A program made the position numbers and the translations under genes. This document shows positions 1 through 14,255 of a DNA stretch of 64,000 nucleotides, in pieces. Each line of letters starts with the position of its first letter. The stretch's first letter is position 1. Below the pieces are notes generated by a model that did no database searches, was not told the DNA's origin, and saw only the letters and a list, made by a program, of their open reading frames with translations. Source of the DNA: the human T2T-CHM13v2.0 reference genome, Homo sapiens. The stretch lies in assembly GCF_009914755.1 (NCBI RefSeq), contig NC_060939.1, one strand, 5' to 3'.

Positions 1-1480
1 TCACAGCAGCATTATTCAGAATAGTTAAAAAGTAGAAGCAACCCAGGTATCCATCAGCGAATTCAGATTAAAAAATTCTGCAGGCAACCAAACTTTTAGT
101 CAAGTGAGAGGACATCAGAAAATGCAAGTATCCATTTACCATTCATGGGGGAAATAATTCTTTGATACTTGAGAAAATACCACAGCTGACTAAAAGAATA
201 AATAAAACTGTTACATCTCAAGAGGTAATATGATATTAAAAATTGATTATGTGTACTGCACCCATTAAAATTCACATTAATAAATAATTACTAGTTTTTA
301 ACATCAATATGTTACATAATTCTTGTATCAAATATATTTCTTGGGAAAGAAAATAAACAAAATAAAAAATAATATTTTTAATACCAGGAATTTGACCTAA
401 AAAACTAATTAATTAATACATGTTGAGCAGGAGTAGAGAAGAGGAAAGTAAAAGTGTGATAAGTCTCTTATATAGGAGAACCAGTAATAGTCTTCCATTC
501 TTATAATTGGTTGAAAATTACATATATATGCTAATCTCTGTGTATATGTATATTTTTATATACATATAATGTGCATATGTGAATATATATATAACTGTAG
601 AACAAAAATGTGCATTCTACAAATGGGAATATAGAATAAAATTTGTAGAAAAAATAACTAATAGGAAGAAAGAGGAGCTACAATGACATATAATGTATAG
701 GGAAGAAGAAAACAGTAAGTATAAACCACAAAGAATAAAATAAAATGCCAAATAAGACTATACCTGACTTGGCATAGTGAATATAAATGGCTTAAAAGAT
801 AACAATAAAAGGCAAATAAAATCAGATTATATCAAAAGGTAAAAATCTAAATTTACTAATTATAAGAAGCACATGTATAAACAAATTGACAAAGAAATGT
901 TGAAAATAAAGGGATTCAAAAGTTTCCCTGGTCAAAAGGAACATAGAAAAGTTAGAGGAATAGACAGGTAGAAATATTAGAATCAGACACAGCATCATGT
1001 ATCATGGCAAAAAATATGAAATGGATAAAATGATTATTATACACCTGTAAAAGTTACAATGCACAGTGCAAACATAAGCATCACAAACAATCCATACACT
1101 GAGGAAATACATAAAATAAAAACTGTTAGGAAGGAAAGGAAACCTTACATAAAACTTTAACATAACTGTAACATACATCTAGGAGATAAAACAGAATTTC
1201 CGGAATGACAAAATATCTTTAATAGGCATGACTAAGCTTTACACTATACAGAGAATATGCCTTTTTCTGTAACATCCACAAAACAAACAGTAAAATTCAC
1301 TATAATGGTTTTAATAAAGTGTGAGTATTTTGACTCATCCACCCCAAAAGGGCGTATTCTTTCTACACTAATTGTATAGCCCAGGATGTTAGGAATTAAC
1401 CAATATTCTTTAGTCCTTGAAAGATCTTAACTTTGAAAACACTCAGAGACAACATACAAATAAAACCCACACCAGCTTTT
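1..1480 (+). mobile_element. Old, degraded LINE-1 (L1M-type) fragments
   Basis: A-rich strand bias; L1 ORF2/3' motifs such as cacagcagcattattc...aagcaacccaggtatccatcagcgaat at 1-62. Confidence 0.55.
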
Positions 1481-1498
1481 CTGTGTGCTTTATCTGAC

Positions 1499-1975
1499 TG
1501 TAGTAGGCTGAATAAAGGCCTCCAAAGATGTCCCCATTCTAAGCCCTGGAACCTGTGAATGTTACTTTACATAGCAAAAGGGACTATGCAGATGTGACTA
1601 AGAATCTTGAGACAGGGAGATTTTCCTGGGGATTATCCAGGTGGGCCCTAAATGCAATTTCAAGTCTCTTTATAAGAGAGATTTAGAAGGAAACTTCATC
1701 AAAGAACAGGAAAAAATCAGTGTGACCATAGAAGCAGAGATTGAAGCGATGTGGTCACAAGGCAAGGAATGCTGGCAGCCACCAGACACCGGAAGAGGTC
1801 AGGAACAGATTCTCCCCCGGAACCTCCAGAGGGGAGACAGCCCTGCTGTCACCTTGATTTTAAGCCAGTGATGTTGATTTCAGACTCTGGCCTCTGGAAC
1901 TGAGTAAATAAATGTGTGTTGTTTTATCCACTAAATGTCTGTTTTAAGCCACCTACCACAGGAAAGTAATACTCT
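1499..1975 (+). mobile_element. MLT1 (MaLR) solo LTR
   Basis: tgtagtaggctgaat...ggattatccaggtgggccctaaatgcaat...aaggaatgctggcagccaccaga...ttgattttaagcc...aataaatgtgtgttgtttta, typical of MLT1B/C. Confidence 0.8.
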
Positions 1976-2570
1976 AACCTCCAGCTAGTTTCTCTCTCTG
2001 GGACTCTCCCTGTATCAGCAATGGTACTATCACTTTCCTTGTCACCCAATCACCATGAACTTCTCCTCTCTCGCACCCATACCCAAAGTAAGGGGTAGTG
2101 GGAATGGGTGGATTTTCATCCCACCTCTTTTTTTAATGAATAAATTAAATAAAAGAGTATCTCCACAAGTTTGCCTACCTATCATTTTAAAGTAAAACCA
2201 CCGTAAGTTTGATTGTTGACCTCTCTGGTGAAATTGCTAGAAATAAAGAAAGTATCTTACCAACCTAAAGGAAATGGAGATAAAAGAGTTGGAGAAGAAG
2301 CAGGATGCCTAAGACTCGTCTTTAAAAAAGAGGTTTTTTACGTATCTTTCTCTTACCAAACTTTAGGTTGCTAATACATTTATCACTATAATTTTATTTT
2401 TAATTAACATTCCTGGTGAAAAATGGACACATTTGATAGATTCAGAGGCTGTAATAAAGTCATCTGTCCTAAGAACCAGGAAGCACACAGAGTGATGTAG
2501 TTCACTAAAGGTTTCCCCCACCTCGATTTACATGGGCCTTAACTTTCAAGAGATTCAACATGGCAGCTTT

Positions 2571-2602
2571 AATAATAATAATAATAATCATAATAATAAT
2601 AA
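2571..2602. repeat. (AAT)n microsatellite
   Basis: Direct reading. Confidence 0.9.
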
Positions 2603-2640
2603 AAGAGAATCTTGTGTGTCCTTCAATAGTTGACTGAAAG

Positions 2641-3582
<942 letters not shown>

Positions 3583-5184
3583 TAAAACAAACCTTCCTTT
3601 GATGCTGGTATCTAAGCACCAAAAAATAGATACCAGCATCAAAAGAAGGTTTGGATACAACCTTCTTTCATTTTGTTTGGATACAAGGAGCTAGTTTGGG
3701 TCTGCTCCTTTAATGTATCTATGCTCATATTTTCCTTCCTCAATTATAAAATAAATTAGAGGTGAACACTGTGGTTAGCCATAGATTAACCAAGAAAGCA
3801 GAAATCATCTCAAATGTTCACAGCAGAAGGAATGGAAAGCAGTGGTGGGTCCATGAAGAGTGGAGAGGCTGAGAATTAAACAGAGGGCTCTAAAATAATC
3901 CTGGGAGATTGACGATAGCAGGAAGTCTTTATCATTCTTGGGCGGGAGAGACAAAAGGAAAACATGGAATTACTGGCACCAAGAGGACCACTCTGGGAGA
4001 CTGGATCTCTGGTGGCCTCGATACAAAGGGGGCTGGAGTCACAGAGAAGATAAAGCCACTGGAGAGGCCACCTTAGGCTGAAAACAGGAGGGAGTGTCTT
4101 GATAGCTCCCTCCCCCAAAAACCACTCCTCACCCTGCTCTCTAATTTTCCATGGTTGATATATTCCTGCTGCCCGTTGACTCAGTCCTTTCAGAAATTCT
4201 CTGGAGCCTGAAAAAGTCACCCTGCCGAGGATCAACTTCTTCACCCCAGAACAAGGCAGAGCAGAAGGATGGATCTGAGTGCAAACAGGTCCAGGACCAG
4301 CACACCATATGGTAAAGTGTTTTTATGGTGTTATATAATAGAATATATCATTGAATTCAACTCCTTCATTTTACAGAGAGGAGCTAGGGTCCAGAGAGAT
4401 GAAACTGTTTACCTAAATGCACACACACAGCAAGCTTTTAGGTCTGAACACACAGCATGCTTTTATTAGGATTGTATTAGTTATGACACTGCTTAAGCCC
4501 TATTATAAAGTTGTTGGGAGCTGAGTCATTTCATAGTCATCCCTAGTACCTGATACAGCATCTGGTGCTTAGAAAACTCTCATTAAAACATTTATTGAAT
4601 TCATACAGATTGAAAGAGAAAACATAGCCTATCAACTGATCTAAGGTAGCTTTAGAAAATTTCCAGTCATATAAGAGTTACTGAGCAAAGACTGTCAAAA
4701 CAAAGCAAAGTCTTTGTTAAACAAAGACTGTCAAAATTATGCCTCTTAAATGTTTCAAAAGGGAATCATACATTCTCACTGGCCTGTGACGGTTTAAATT
4801 TTCTATGATTCAGAACAAGAACAAAGATATGTTTCTTTTAACTCTCATACTAAACTATTATTTGAAATAATAAAAAGGATGTCAGCAATGAAAAGCTGTA
4901 CAGGTTGTACAGAACAGATTGATACAAATAAAAAGCTAATAAATATTTATGTGGCCGCGTGTGGGAGGTGTTGCCTGGAGTGTTTCCCCCACATCCCCGA
5001 CTATGGAGTGAAAAAGGAAACTTAGGAAAAAATATACCCAAAGAGGGAGATTTAAATAGCACAGTGGGCAGTGGGGGAAGTGATGACTAATATTGCTGTT
5101 AGTAGTGGTTTAGGAACAAAAGAGACAAGTCAGCTGGAAACCTTCTGGTGTCTTCTGCTAGGGCTCCTTGCTAAAGCTGATGCT

Positions 5185-5252
5185 GGAAAGGAGGAAGGAA
5201 GGAAAGAAGGAAGGAAAAGAGGGAGAGAGGGAGCGAGGAAGGAAGGAAGGGA
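5185..5252. repeat. (GGAA)n-like purine repeat
   Basis: Direct reading. Confidence 0.85.
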
Positions 5253-7394
5253 AGTCATTAGAATGTAAGCTGAACACCCATTTGGTGCTTTTGGCCAAAC
5301 AATAATACACATGTTTAAAAGTTCATTATGGTGGGAACCCAACTTAAGTAGAATTAATGAAATTGATACAGAACTTGAAATTCACTACCTAAAATTATTC
5401 ATTAAAAATGCAACATGCATTGAATTAATGTAGCAGCACCTGAAGGAAGTCAAAGAAACTCCAGTTTGAATTTTGGGAGAAAAGAAAGTATCATTTAATT
5501 TGAAATAAATGAAAAGAACCTAAAAGAGCAAATGGCTAAATAAGTAGAAGAGGTTTTTTGCAACCTATAATTACTGGGGGATTTTTTTCAGGAAGCTTCA
5601 GGAAAGAAGCTCCGACCCTCAGATTAGTCATTCGTCACCCAATCACTGGCTGCTAAATTAGAGGCCAGGAAAAAGAGATCAGACATGTGCAAGAAGGAAG
5701 AAGAAGAAGGAAGAGGAGAAGGAGGAGGAGGGTGGGGGAGAGGGAAGAGGAAGGGAAGGAAGGGGAAGCAGCTGTCACTTTTTTGTTTCAGTGAAACTAT
5801 ACAGGGCAAAATCCCATTAGAGCTTTCTGAGAAGTTATGTCTGGGACAGATCTGATGGTAGGCTTGAAACTTCGAACAGAGTCCAAGAAAAATCCCCCCC
5901 TTTTTTTTTTTTTTTGGTTTTGTAGAATTTAGAACTATTTTTCTAGGTGTCTGAAATAAAATAAAATTTTAAGTAGTTGAAATGTTAAGTAAATTGTTTT
6001 CAACAATTTGCAGATTTATGTCAGAATATATGTTATGGGATTAAGCAGATAAAATAATAATATTAAACATCAAAGTAAGAATAGTGTGAGAGATGAATAA
6101 TTTAAGGCAATTTCAGTTGCATGAGGTTTTTTTTCTTTTTCTTATGAATAAAAATATAATATAATTTTATTACTCTGTAGAGAGGTTAGTAAACTAGGAG
6201 AAACTCAAGAGGGGAAATGCAAAACATAATAAAATAGAATACATTCGATTTTAAAAGAATGTCTGTATTTCATTTGAGTGCTGGCCAAAAGATAATGGCA
6301 TTTCTTGGAAGAAAAGCAGTTATCAGAATTTAAAATTTCAAAAACCTGTATTAGGAAGACACATCACTTATGTAGTATGTAGTATTCTTGTCAACAATAT
6401 TTTGTCTAAATCTAATCATGATGAAACAATCAGAAAAATCCAAATTGAGAATAATCTGTAAAAGGAATGGTCTTTGTTTTGTTACATGTATACATATATG
6501 TAAATATATATCCCCAAAGCCGACCTTGAGAAGGAAATTCACTGAGCCATTCCTTACGAGTGTTCCCAGGAGAAACAGGAAAGTGAGAAGTCAAGTCAGT
6601 CCAAGAAGAATAAAGAGGCCAAGCCCAGTTGCATATCAGCAATCTCACAGAGAGAGCTGCCTCAGTCCCTCGAGGGTAAGTAGATGACCTCAGAGTTGTC
6701 CCATCAGTTGCTGCTTCAGAGCCACACTTTCAGCTCATCCTTGCACTTCATGCAATCTGTGAGCCCCACAGGCAGAGCAGGTCCTGGCTGCCTGAGGTTA
6801 TTCCCTATGAAAGAAGCAGATCTAGGTTCCCACAGCAGTCTCTGCTGTAACTAAACAGAAGGCTTCATTCATGATTGGATTAAGGATGGGGGAAGGGCAG
6901 GTGGCTATGAAGGTTATTACTTGGACCACAAGGACAATTTTTAAATGAGCTGTACATTACATATTTAATTTTATTGTTGTTAAATTTTGAGTGTGATAAT
7001 TATGTCACGCTTATGTGGAAGAATATCCATGTACTTATAAGATACATACTGAAGTATTTAGGACAAAAATGCTGTGTCTAAATTTATTCTCTAATAGCCT
7101 CACAAAAGAAAAGTAATATTGATGTGTATGTGTGAGTATATGAATGTATATACACACATACGTGTATACATATACATTTAGTATGTTTATGTATACGTTT
7201 GTAGACAGATTAAAATAGAGGAAAATATGGAAAAATGTAAACAAATGGTGACTCTAAGTAAAAAGATATATAGATATTTATTGTACTATTATTTTAACCT
7301 GTAAGTTTAAAATTTTTCAAAACAAATAGTAGGAGAAAAAAATTAGCACTTGTCATGGTAACTTTTTTTCAAGAAAAGTTGTGTTTAAGATCAA

Positions 7395-7715
<321 letters not shown>

Positions 7716-7932
7716 TTATTTTTTTGAGATAGGGTAGGCAATACTCTGGTAACAAACCATCCACAAATCTCAGTGGATAAAAACATAAAATCATTGCATA
7801 TTGCATTAAGCTGCATTGAAAACCCAGTAAGAAATTTGGTGTAAATAAAATGAAATAAAAATGGGAAAAATAAAGTCCTTAAGATCATTGTGTTAGGAAA
7901 AATTGTCTACTGACTTCTTGACAACAGGACTT

Positions 7933-8245
7933 ATTTATTTATTTTATTTATTTATTTAATTATTTTGAGACAGCGTCTCTTTCTGCAGCCCATGCTGGAG
8001 TGCACTGGCGCCATCTTGGCTCACTGCAGCCTTGACCTCTGGAGCTCAAGTGATCCTCTCATTTCGGCCTCCAAGTAGCTGGGACCACAGGTGCGCCACC
8101 CAACCTGGTTAATTTTTGTATTTTGTGTAGAGACAGGGTTTTGCCAGGTTGCCGAATCTAGTCTCGAACTCCTGGGCTCAAGCCATCCATCCACCTGGGC
8201 CTTACAAAGTGCTGGGATTATAGGTGTGAGCCGCTGCGTCCAGCC
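7933..8245 (-). mobile_element. AluJ
   Basis: (TTTA)n tail; gctcaagtgatcctc / gggctcaagccatcc motifs; TSD aggactt on both sides. Confidence 0.88.
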
Positions 8246-8774
8246 AGGACTTCTGATTTCTTTACTGTTTATTAGAGGATGGACCCTATTCCCTCCAATC
8301 ATAACTCACTTTTTAAAGCAGTGATTCTCAGCCCTTTTGGTTTCAAATTTTTGGTAGCCTATTTAAGGAGGAGGTTAAGATACCCAAAATATCGCCAGTC
8401 AAGTCCTGAATCATTACAGTGCATACTTCCACCGTAAAATTCTGTCCCAGAGTGTCTGAAAAGCATCCATAACAACTCATCAGCTCCATGTAACTAACTG
8501 CTTCAGTGAAAATGATTATTGTCTTGACCTCATTTCTTTATACTTAAAAGGACAAATTTCTCATATGTTCCAGAAAGTATGCCATCTTTATTTAGCACTA
8601 TGCAGCTCATCTCTTACTTGCAGCAAGTTGTACCCAGTCTACATAATTTCTGTAACCTACTACTCCATCCAGCAGTTATTTTTGACCAGCACTGCTGCAA
8701 TAATACATATACTTGTTTAAGCAGAAGTTAATCTTACACATTGGTTTTGACAATACCACTGTTTCACAGATATT

Positions 8775-9165
8775 TCCTGTTCTGTCTCCTTACATCCATA
8801 TGGTAAGATTGTACATGCTGGTCCCCTTGTGGTGGGGTTAGGTGACCAGTTCTAGCACTTGTCACCCGTAAGTGATGAGTAGAAGTGACAATCCACTTCT
8901 GGGCCAGAGTACTTAAATGTTGATGGTAAACCCACCACATTTCTCTCTTTTGCTTCCAGCACAGTGACCCATGATATTCAAGGTGGTGGCTCCTTTGTCA
9001 GATGAATTCCTGAGTGACCATAAGCAGAGATCTCCTAACGACCCATGATGGGTAGTGTGAGCAAGTATGAACCATCTAGTGGAGCAAGAAATAGTGCCTA
9101 TATAAGCACTGAGATTTGAGGATGGTTTGTTACCAGAGAATTGCCTACCTTATCCTGACTGATAA
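8775..9165. mobile_element. Old MLT1-type LTR
   Basis: gagtagaagtgaca...cacttctgggcc...taagcactgagatttgaggatggtttgttacc...cctgactgata, MLT1I/J-like. Confidence 0.55.
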
Positions 9166-10337
9166 TCAGATGTAATAATATACCTCTGACTGGTGTTGGC
9201 TCCATCATACACCAGGGAAACAGCTGTTGTCTAGTACTTATAACATGTAACTCAAAACCCCTGGTTTAAATGAATTCCTGAGTGCATTATGCATAACATT
9301 TGTATAATTGGCTTTTGTAAACAAGACATTGCTATAGTTCTTCACAGAATTATGCTAATATCGATAGATTATTCTTCATTTATCTTTATCTGTTCTGAGC
9401 CACTGAAAGAGGAAAGATTTGTTATGAGAACACATAAATACAGTATCATGAAAGGGAAAGAAAAAGTTCTGTTTTGCGGAAGGCATTAGTCCCCTTTGTT
9501 AGTCAAATGAAGAGAGACTATTCATTATACTTTAATCTTAAGGAATCCAAGATTGCTAAACTAATGGATGACATGTGACTAAGGAATGAATTAGTTGAAC
9601 TTTATTCTATGAGTTGCCACCATGAACTGTGCAATTATAGCCAGGTCCTTTAAATGCTTTGAATGTTTTTCATGTGCGGATAAGATTATTTCAGACCTAC
9701 CAGGCCTTGAAGAAGGATCAAAGTCTTGTCAGAGCTTTTGCCTAAAATTGAAAATATCATGTTACTTGGACTATTTATTTATCCCTGCACCTTGTTGCAA
9801 AAAGGATTTTAAGTAGATGGCATATTATTATTTTATTAACACATTAAAAAAAACCCATAAGAGGATTATAGAGTTTTTCCCTAACCTACTTCTCAGAGTG
9901 TTTTAAGCACACTGTAGAATTTATTCACTCATGAATTTGATACAAACTAAAGTGAAAATCTCTTCTCTGGAACCTCATAATGCTTAGAAAGCATAGTAAC
10001 ACGTTCGGAGAAAGAGGAAGATCAAATTTAGAGGAAGCTCTTGTTTGAGTTTCTGCCACAATGAGTTTCCCATTCTAGATATTAAAATAATAGTATATAC
10101 CCCAAATAAAATACTCAAGTTTCTGTAAATTAAGGATTATGACTTGATTATACATATTTTAGATTTAGAGCATGCATAAAAAAATATCTTTTTCACCAAC
10201 TAGTAGAAAAAAATTCAAAATAATGTGATGATTTTAATCTTCCATGATATGTAATCTAAAATATCAAAACATCACTGACTTTGCATTATAATTAAATATA
10301 AAAGGTGACTGACTTAAGCCAAATTTAAAAAAAAAAA

Positions 10338-10530
10338 TTGAGACAAGGTCTGTGTCATCAGAGGTGGTAAGCAGTAGTGCAAACACAGCTCACTGCAGCA
10401 TTGACCTCCTGGGCTCAAACTCTCCTCCCATCTCAGCCTCCCAGGCAGCTGAGATCACAGATACACACCACCACACCCAGATAATTTTTTTTTTTAAGTA
10501 AGGACAAAATCTCACTATGTTGTCCAGGTT
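10338..10530 (-). mobile_element. Partial AluJ
   Basis: cagctcactgcagcattgacctcctgggctcaa...cactatgttgtccagg. Confidence 0.75.
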
Positions 10531-11507
10531 CCAAATAAATTTTAAGAGCCTAATTTTAACTATTCAAAAACTAAGCAAATACCTGAAAATTATTTCTTCT
10601 GAAAAACACATACTAAATAAAAATCTATTATACTTATGGATTTTCAGAGGTCTTCATAAGTATTAACTCATAAATTCTTGTGGCTTTCCCAATTGTCACA
10701 TGTCTCCTTTCATGAAATATTTTGTAAATTTTTACTATGGTATTGGACAGAGCATGAACCTCAGAATTGCCCAAATCTGAGTTCACCGACTTAATCAAGC
10801 ACATATTATTAATATATAATCTTGGATAATTTATCAATTTAAACTGAAGAGCTTTATCTTCAACATTTCTAAATTATGCGTGTTATAAACAATAAATCAG
10901 GTTATTCCATTACATTTAATAACTAGCAACCCACACTGTGATAAGTGTCAGTAATGCAACAGCACGGTAATATATAGGCAAAGCACCAACCAGAAATTAA
11001 GTATCTGTTGAATTTCTCTCTACTCTCCTTTTCCCTCAACCAATTCCTGAATAAATATAGGGAGAAACAGGAATGTTTTAAGAAATCTTCTTCAACTAAT
11101 ATGAAATAGGATATCTGAAGACTCATCCTTCTGTCTTCCTAGTCTGTAGTTTGTTCCACAGCTATTTTTGTGACTAAAGATACTAAAATTAGACATTACT
11201 TTTATCTCTAAATTTCAAGGCAGTTGTTAAGAACTATGACTAAACTACCAAAATAAAGAAACATAGAGGAATAATGAACATTGACTACAAACTAAACTGA
11301 TTGTCACATATTCTATGTGGTGATTTGAGACACTGCTTCTCATACACTGTAATTCAATGAAAAAATAGCATATACAAAATGATTACTTAGTAAGAAAAAT
11401 TCAAACTTAAAACGAGTTGTCAATGTGACATGCCATGTTAGAAATGAATAATAAAATGTGTGCCAAGGGCTAAGTAAGGCATTTTTCCCTTTTTTTCTCT
11501 TTTAAAA

Positions 11508-12193
11508 AGGACTACAAAAGAGCAGTTTTTTTGGTTAAAAGAATTAATGAAAATTGCTAAATCAATGACGCTTTCAGAAGTTCCCTGTTTTTGACATCAG
11601 AGTCATATTATAATGCTCTATTTCCTGTTTCCTCACCTAAACAGAATTTTGCTTCAGGCAATTTTTTATCTGAACTTCTGTTTGTAGAAACCAGGGACAT
11701 TTATTGAATTGTTTCTGGCTGGCTATTTGATCGTAACAAAGCATTTAAATGATACTGATGCCCTGGCTTGAGCAACGGAGCATCCCAGACTTTCAGTTAG
11801 TTGCACACAGCACACATACAACTCATTTGAGTTACAGCTAAATGCAATTACAGGCCTCAGAGCTAATATATAGATCACTTCTTATTTAAGGCAATTCACC
11901 TTTGAATTGGTTAACCTTTAATTGTTCATAAAATAATAAGATGGGAAACAAAGTTGCCACCCAATATGTTAGTTTCCCCAAATAAACACTTATTTAAAGG
12001 TTCATTTGTTAATCAAGTATCTGGAAGCTGAAATACATTTTTATGAAAGGAAATAAATTTTAGGTGATGATTAGGTTTTTATCAAGAGCTGAAGTTTTTA
12101 ATAACGAACAGGGAGAGATACTATGGCAAAACAGTAATTGAATAAAACATAAATTCAATAAAATGATATGAAAAATCAATGTTTGACATTTAT
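11508..12193. repeat. Left arm of long inverted repeat (reverse complement of 13,524-14,183)
   Basis: Base-by-base reverse-complement match, e.g. gaattaatgaaaattgctaaatcaatgacgctttcagaag vs cttctgaaagcgtcattgatttagcaattttcattaat; about 9 substitutions and 2 indels by manual count. Confidence 0.95.
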
Positions 12194-12235
12194 TGTGCAG
12201 TGCTGGCTGGGTGCAGTGGTATGAGCCATACCACT

Positions 12236-12455
12236 GTGTACATCCTCATCTGTCTACCAAATATGGCCCCCAGGCAGTTTGCTCAAGGTCACATACTGGT
12301 GGAACAATAATTAGAAACATTTTATCATCCTCAATTTAATTCTCTTTATATTTGACTCAGGATAAATGTCAAACATTGATTTTTCATATCATTTTATTGA
12401 ATTTATGTTTTATTCAATTACTGTTTTGCCATAGTATCTCTCCCTGTTCATTATT
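12236..12455. repeat. Direct copy of 13,398-13,613 (templated insertion)
   Basis: gtgtacatcctcatctgtctacc...ctgttc(a/g)ttatt is present twice; the copies differ by a 4-bp indel and a few substitutions. Confidence 0.95.
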
Positions 12456-12494
12456 GGTATGAGCCATATCACTGCACCCAGCCAGCACTGCACA

Positions 12495-13200
12495 TTTTAA
12501 GTGTATGTTCTATGAGTTTTGAGAAAGGTATACATGCATGTAACCACCTTGCTAATCAGGATATAGACTATTTCATCACCTTCAAGGAGTTCCCTTTTGC
12601 ATTTTGCAGTCCATCAATCTTCCTCTACCCCTTAGCTCAGACAACCATGAATCTACTTTTTGCCATTATAGATTAGATTTTCCTGTTATAAATTTTTATG
12701 CAAATAAAATAATATACAAAATACTTATTTGTGTCTGGCTTCATTAACATAGGATAATGATTTTGAGATTATTGATGTCAATCAGTGTTATCGTTCATTA
12801 TTTATTTCATTGTTGGATGGTATCCCATTAAATTGATATACCACAATTTGCTCATCAATTTACTTTTCTGTTTTTGAGTTGTTTCCAGTTTTTAGCTATG
12901 ATGAATAAAGCTACGGTGAACATTCATGTACAAGTCTTTGTGTAGACAATTGTTTTCTCTTGGTAAATACTTAGTGGTATTATTGGGTAGTATAGTAAAT
13001 ATATGTTTAGCTTTACAAAGTGCTGCACCATTTTAATCTCCCACTGGCAATGTATGAGTGTTCCAGCTGCTCCACATTTTTCCCAATATTTAATACTGAC
13101 AACTTTAAAATATTAGACAATCCAGTGGATATATAGTGATATCTCATTTAGATTTTAATTTGCAATTCACTGATGATATACTATTGAGCATCACATCTTT
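12495..13200 (-). mobile_element. L1M 3' end fragment
   Basis: ttgtgtctggcttc..., gttgtttccagtttttagctatgatgaataaagctac, ccactggcaatgtatgagtgttcc motifs. Confidence 0.75.
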
Positions 13201-13523
13201 CATAATGTACTTTATTTTGCGAAGACACATACCCAGCATATGGAAGACCCTCAATAAATATTTGTTGAACTTACACAAATTGAATACAGAAAATGCAGCT
13301 CATCAAAGGATTTGAGTTAATTTCCTGGCATTTATGAAATACCGAGCAAGTTATCAAATGATAGCACTTAAGCTAATTCTCAAGTATTTAAAAGAAAGTG
13401 TACATCCTCATCTGTCTACCAAATATGGCCCCCAGGCAGTTTGCTCAAGGTCAAATACTGGTGGAACAATGATTAGAAACATTTTATCATCCTCAATTTA
13501 ATTCTCTTTATATTTGACTCAGG

Positions 13524-14183
13524 ATAAATGTCATTGATTTTTCATATCATTTTATTGAATTTATGTTTTATTCAATTACTGTTTTGCCATAGTATCTCTC
13601 CCTGTTCGTTATTAAAAACTTCAGCTCTTGATAAAAACCTAATCATCACCTAAAATTTATTTCCTTTCATAAAAATGTATTTCAACTTCCAGATACTTGA
13701 TTAACAAATGAACCTTTAAATAAGTGTTTATTTGGGGAAACTAACATATTGGGTAGCAACTTTGTTTCCCATCTTATTATTTTATAAACAATTAAAGGTT
13801 AACCAATTCAAAGGTGAATTGCCTTAAATAAGAAGTGATCTATATATTAGCTCTGAGGCCTGTAATTGCATTTAGCTGTAACTCAAATGAGTTGTATGTG
13901 TGCTATGTGCAACTAACTGAAAGTCTGGGATGCTCCGTTGCTCAAGCCAGGGCATCAGTATCATTTAAATGCTTTGTTAAGATCAAATAGCCAGCCAGAA
14001 ACAATTCAATAAATGTCCCTGGTTTCTACAAACAGAAGTTCAGATAAAAAATTACCTCAAGCAAAATTCTATTTAGGTGAGGAAACAGAAAATAGAGCAT
14101 TATAATATGACTCTGATGTCAAAAACAGGGAACTTCTGAAAGCGTCATTGATTTAGCAATTTTCATTAATTTTTTTTAGTCCT
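13524..14183. repeat. Right arm of long inverted repeat
   Basis: Reverse complement of 11,508-12,193. Confidence 0.95.
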
Positions 14184-14255
14184 CTACGACGGGCAGCTAG
14201 CAACTCGACAGGAAAATACAGGAACCTGAATAAACCTGACCTGTCTTCAGCATCA

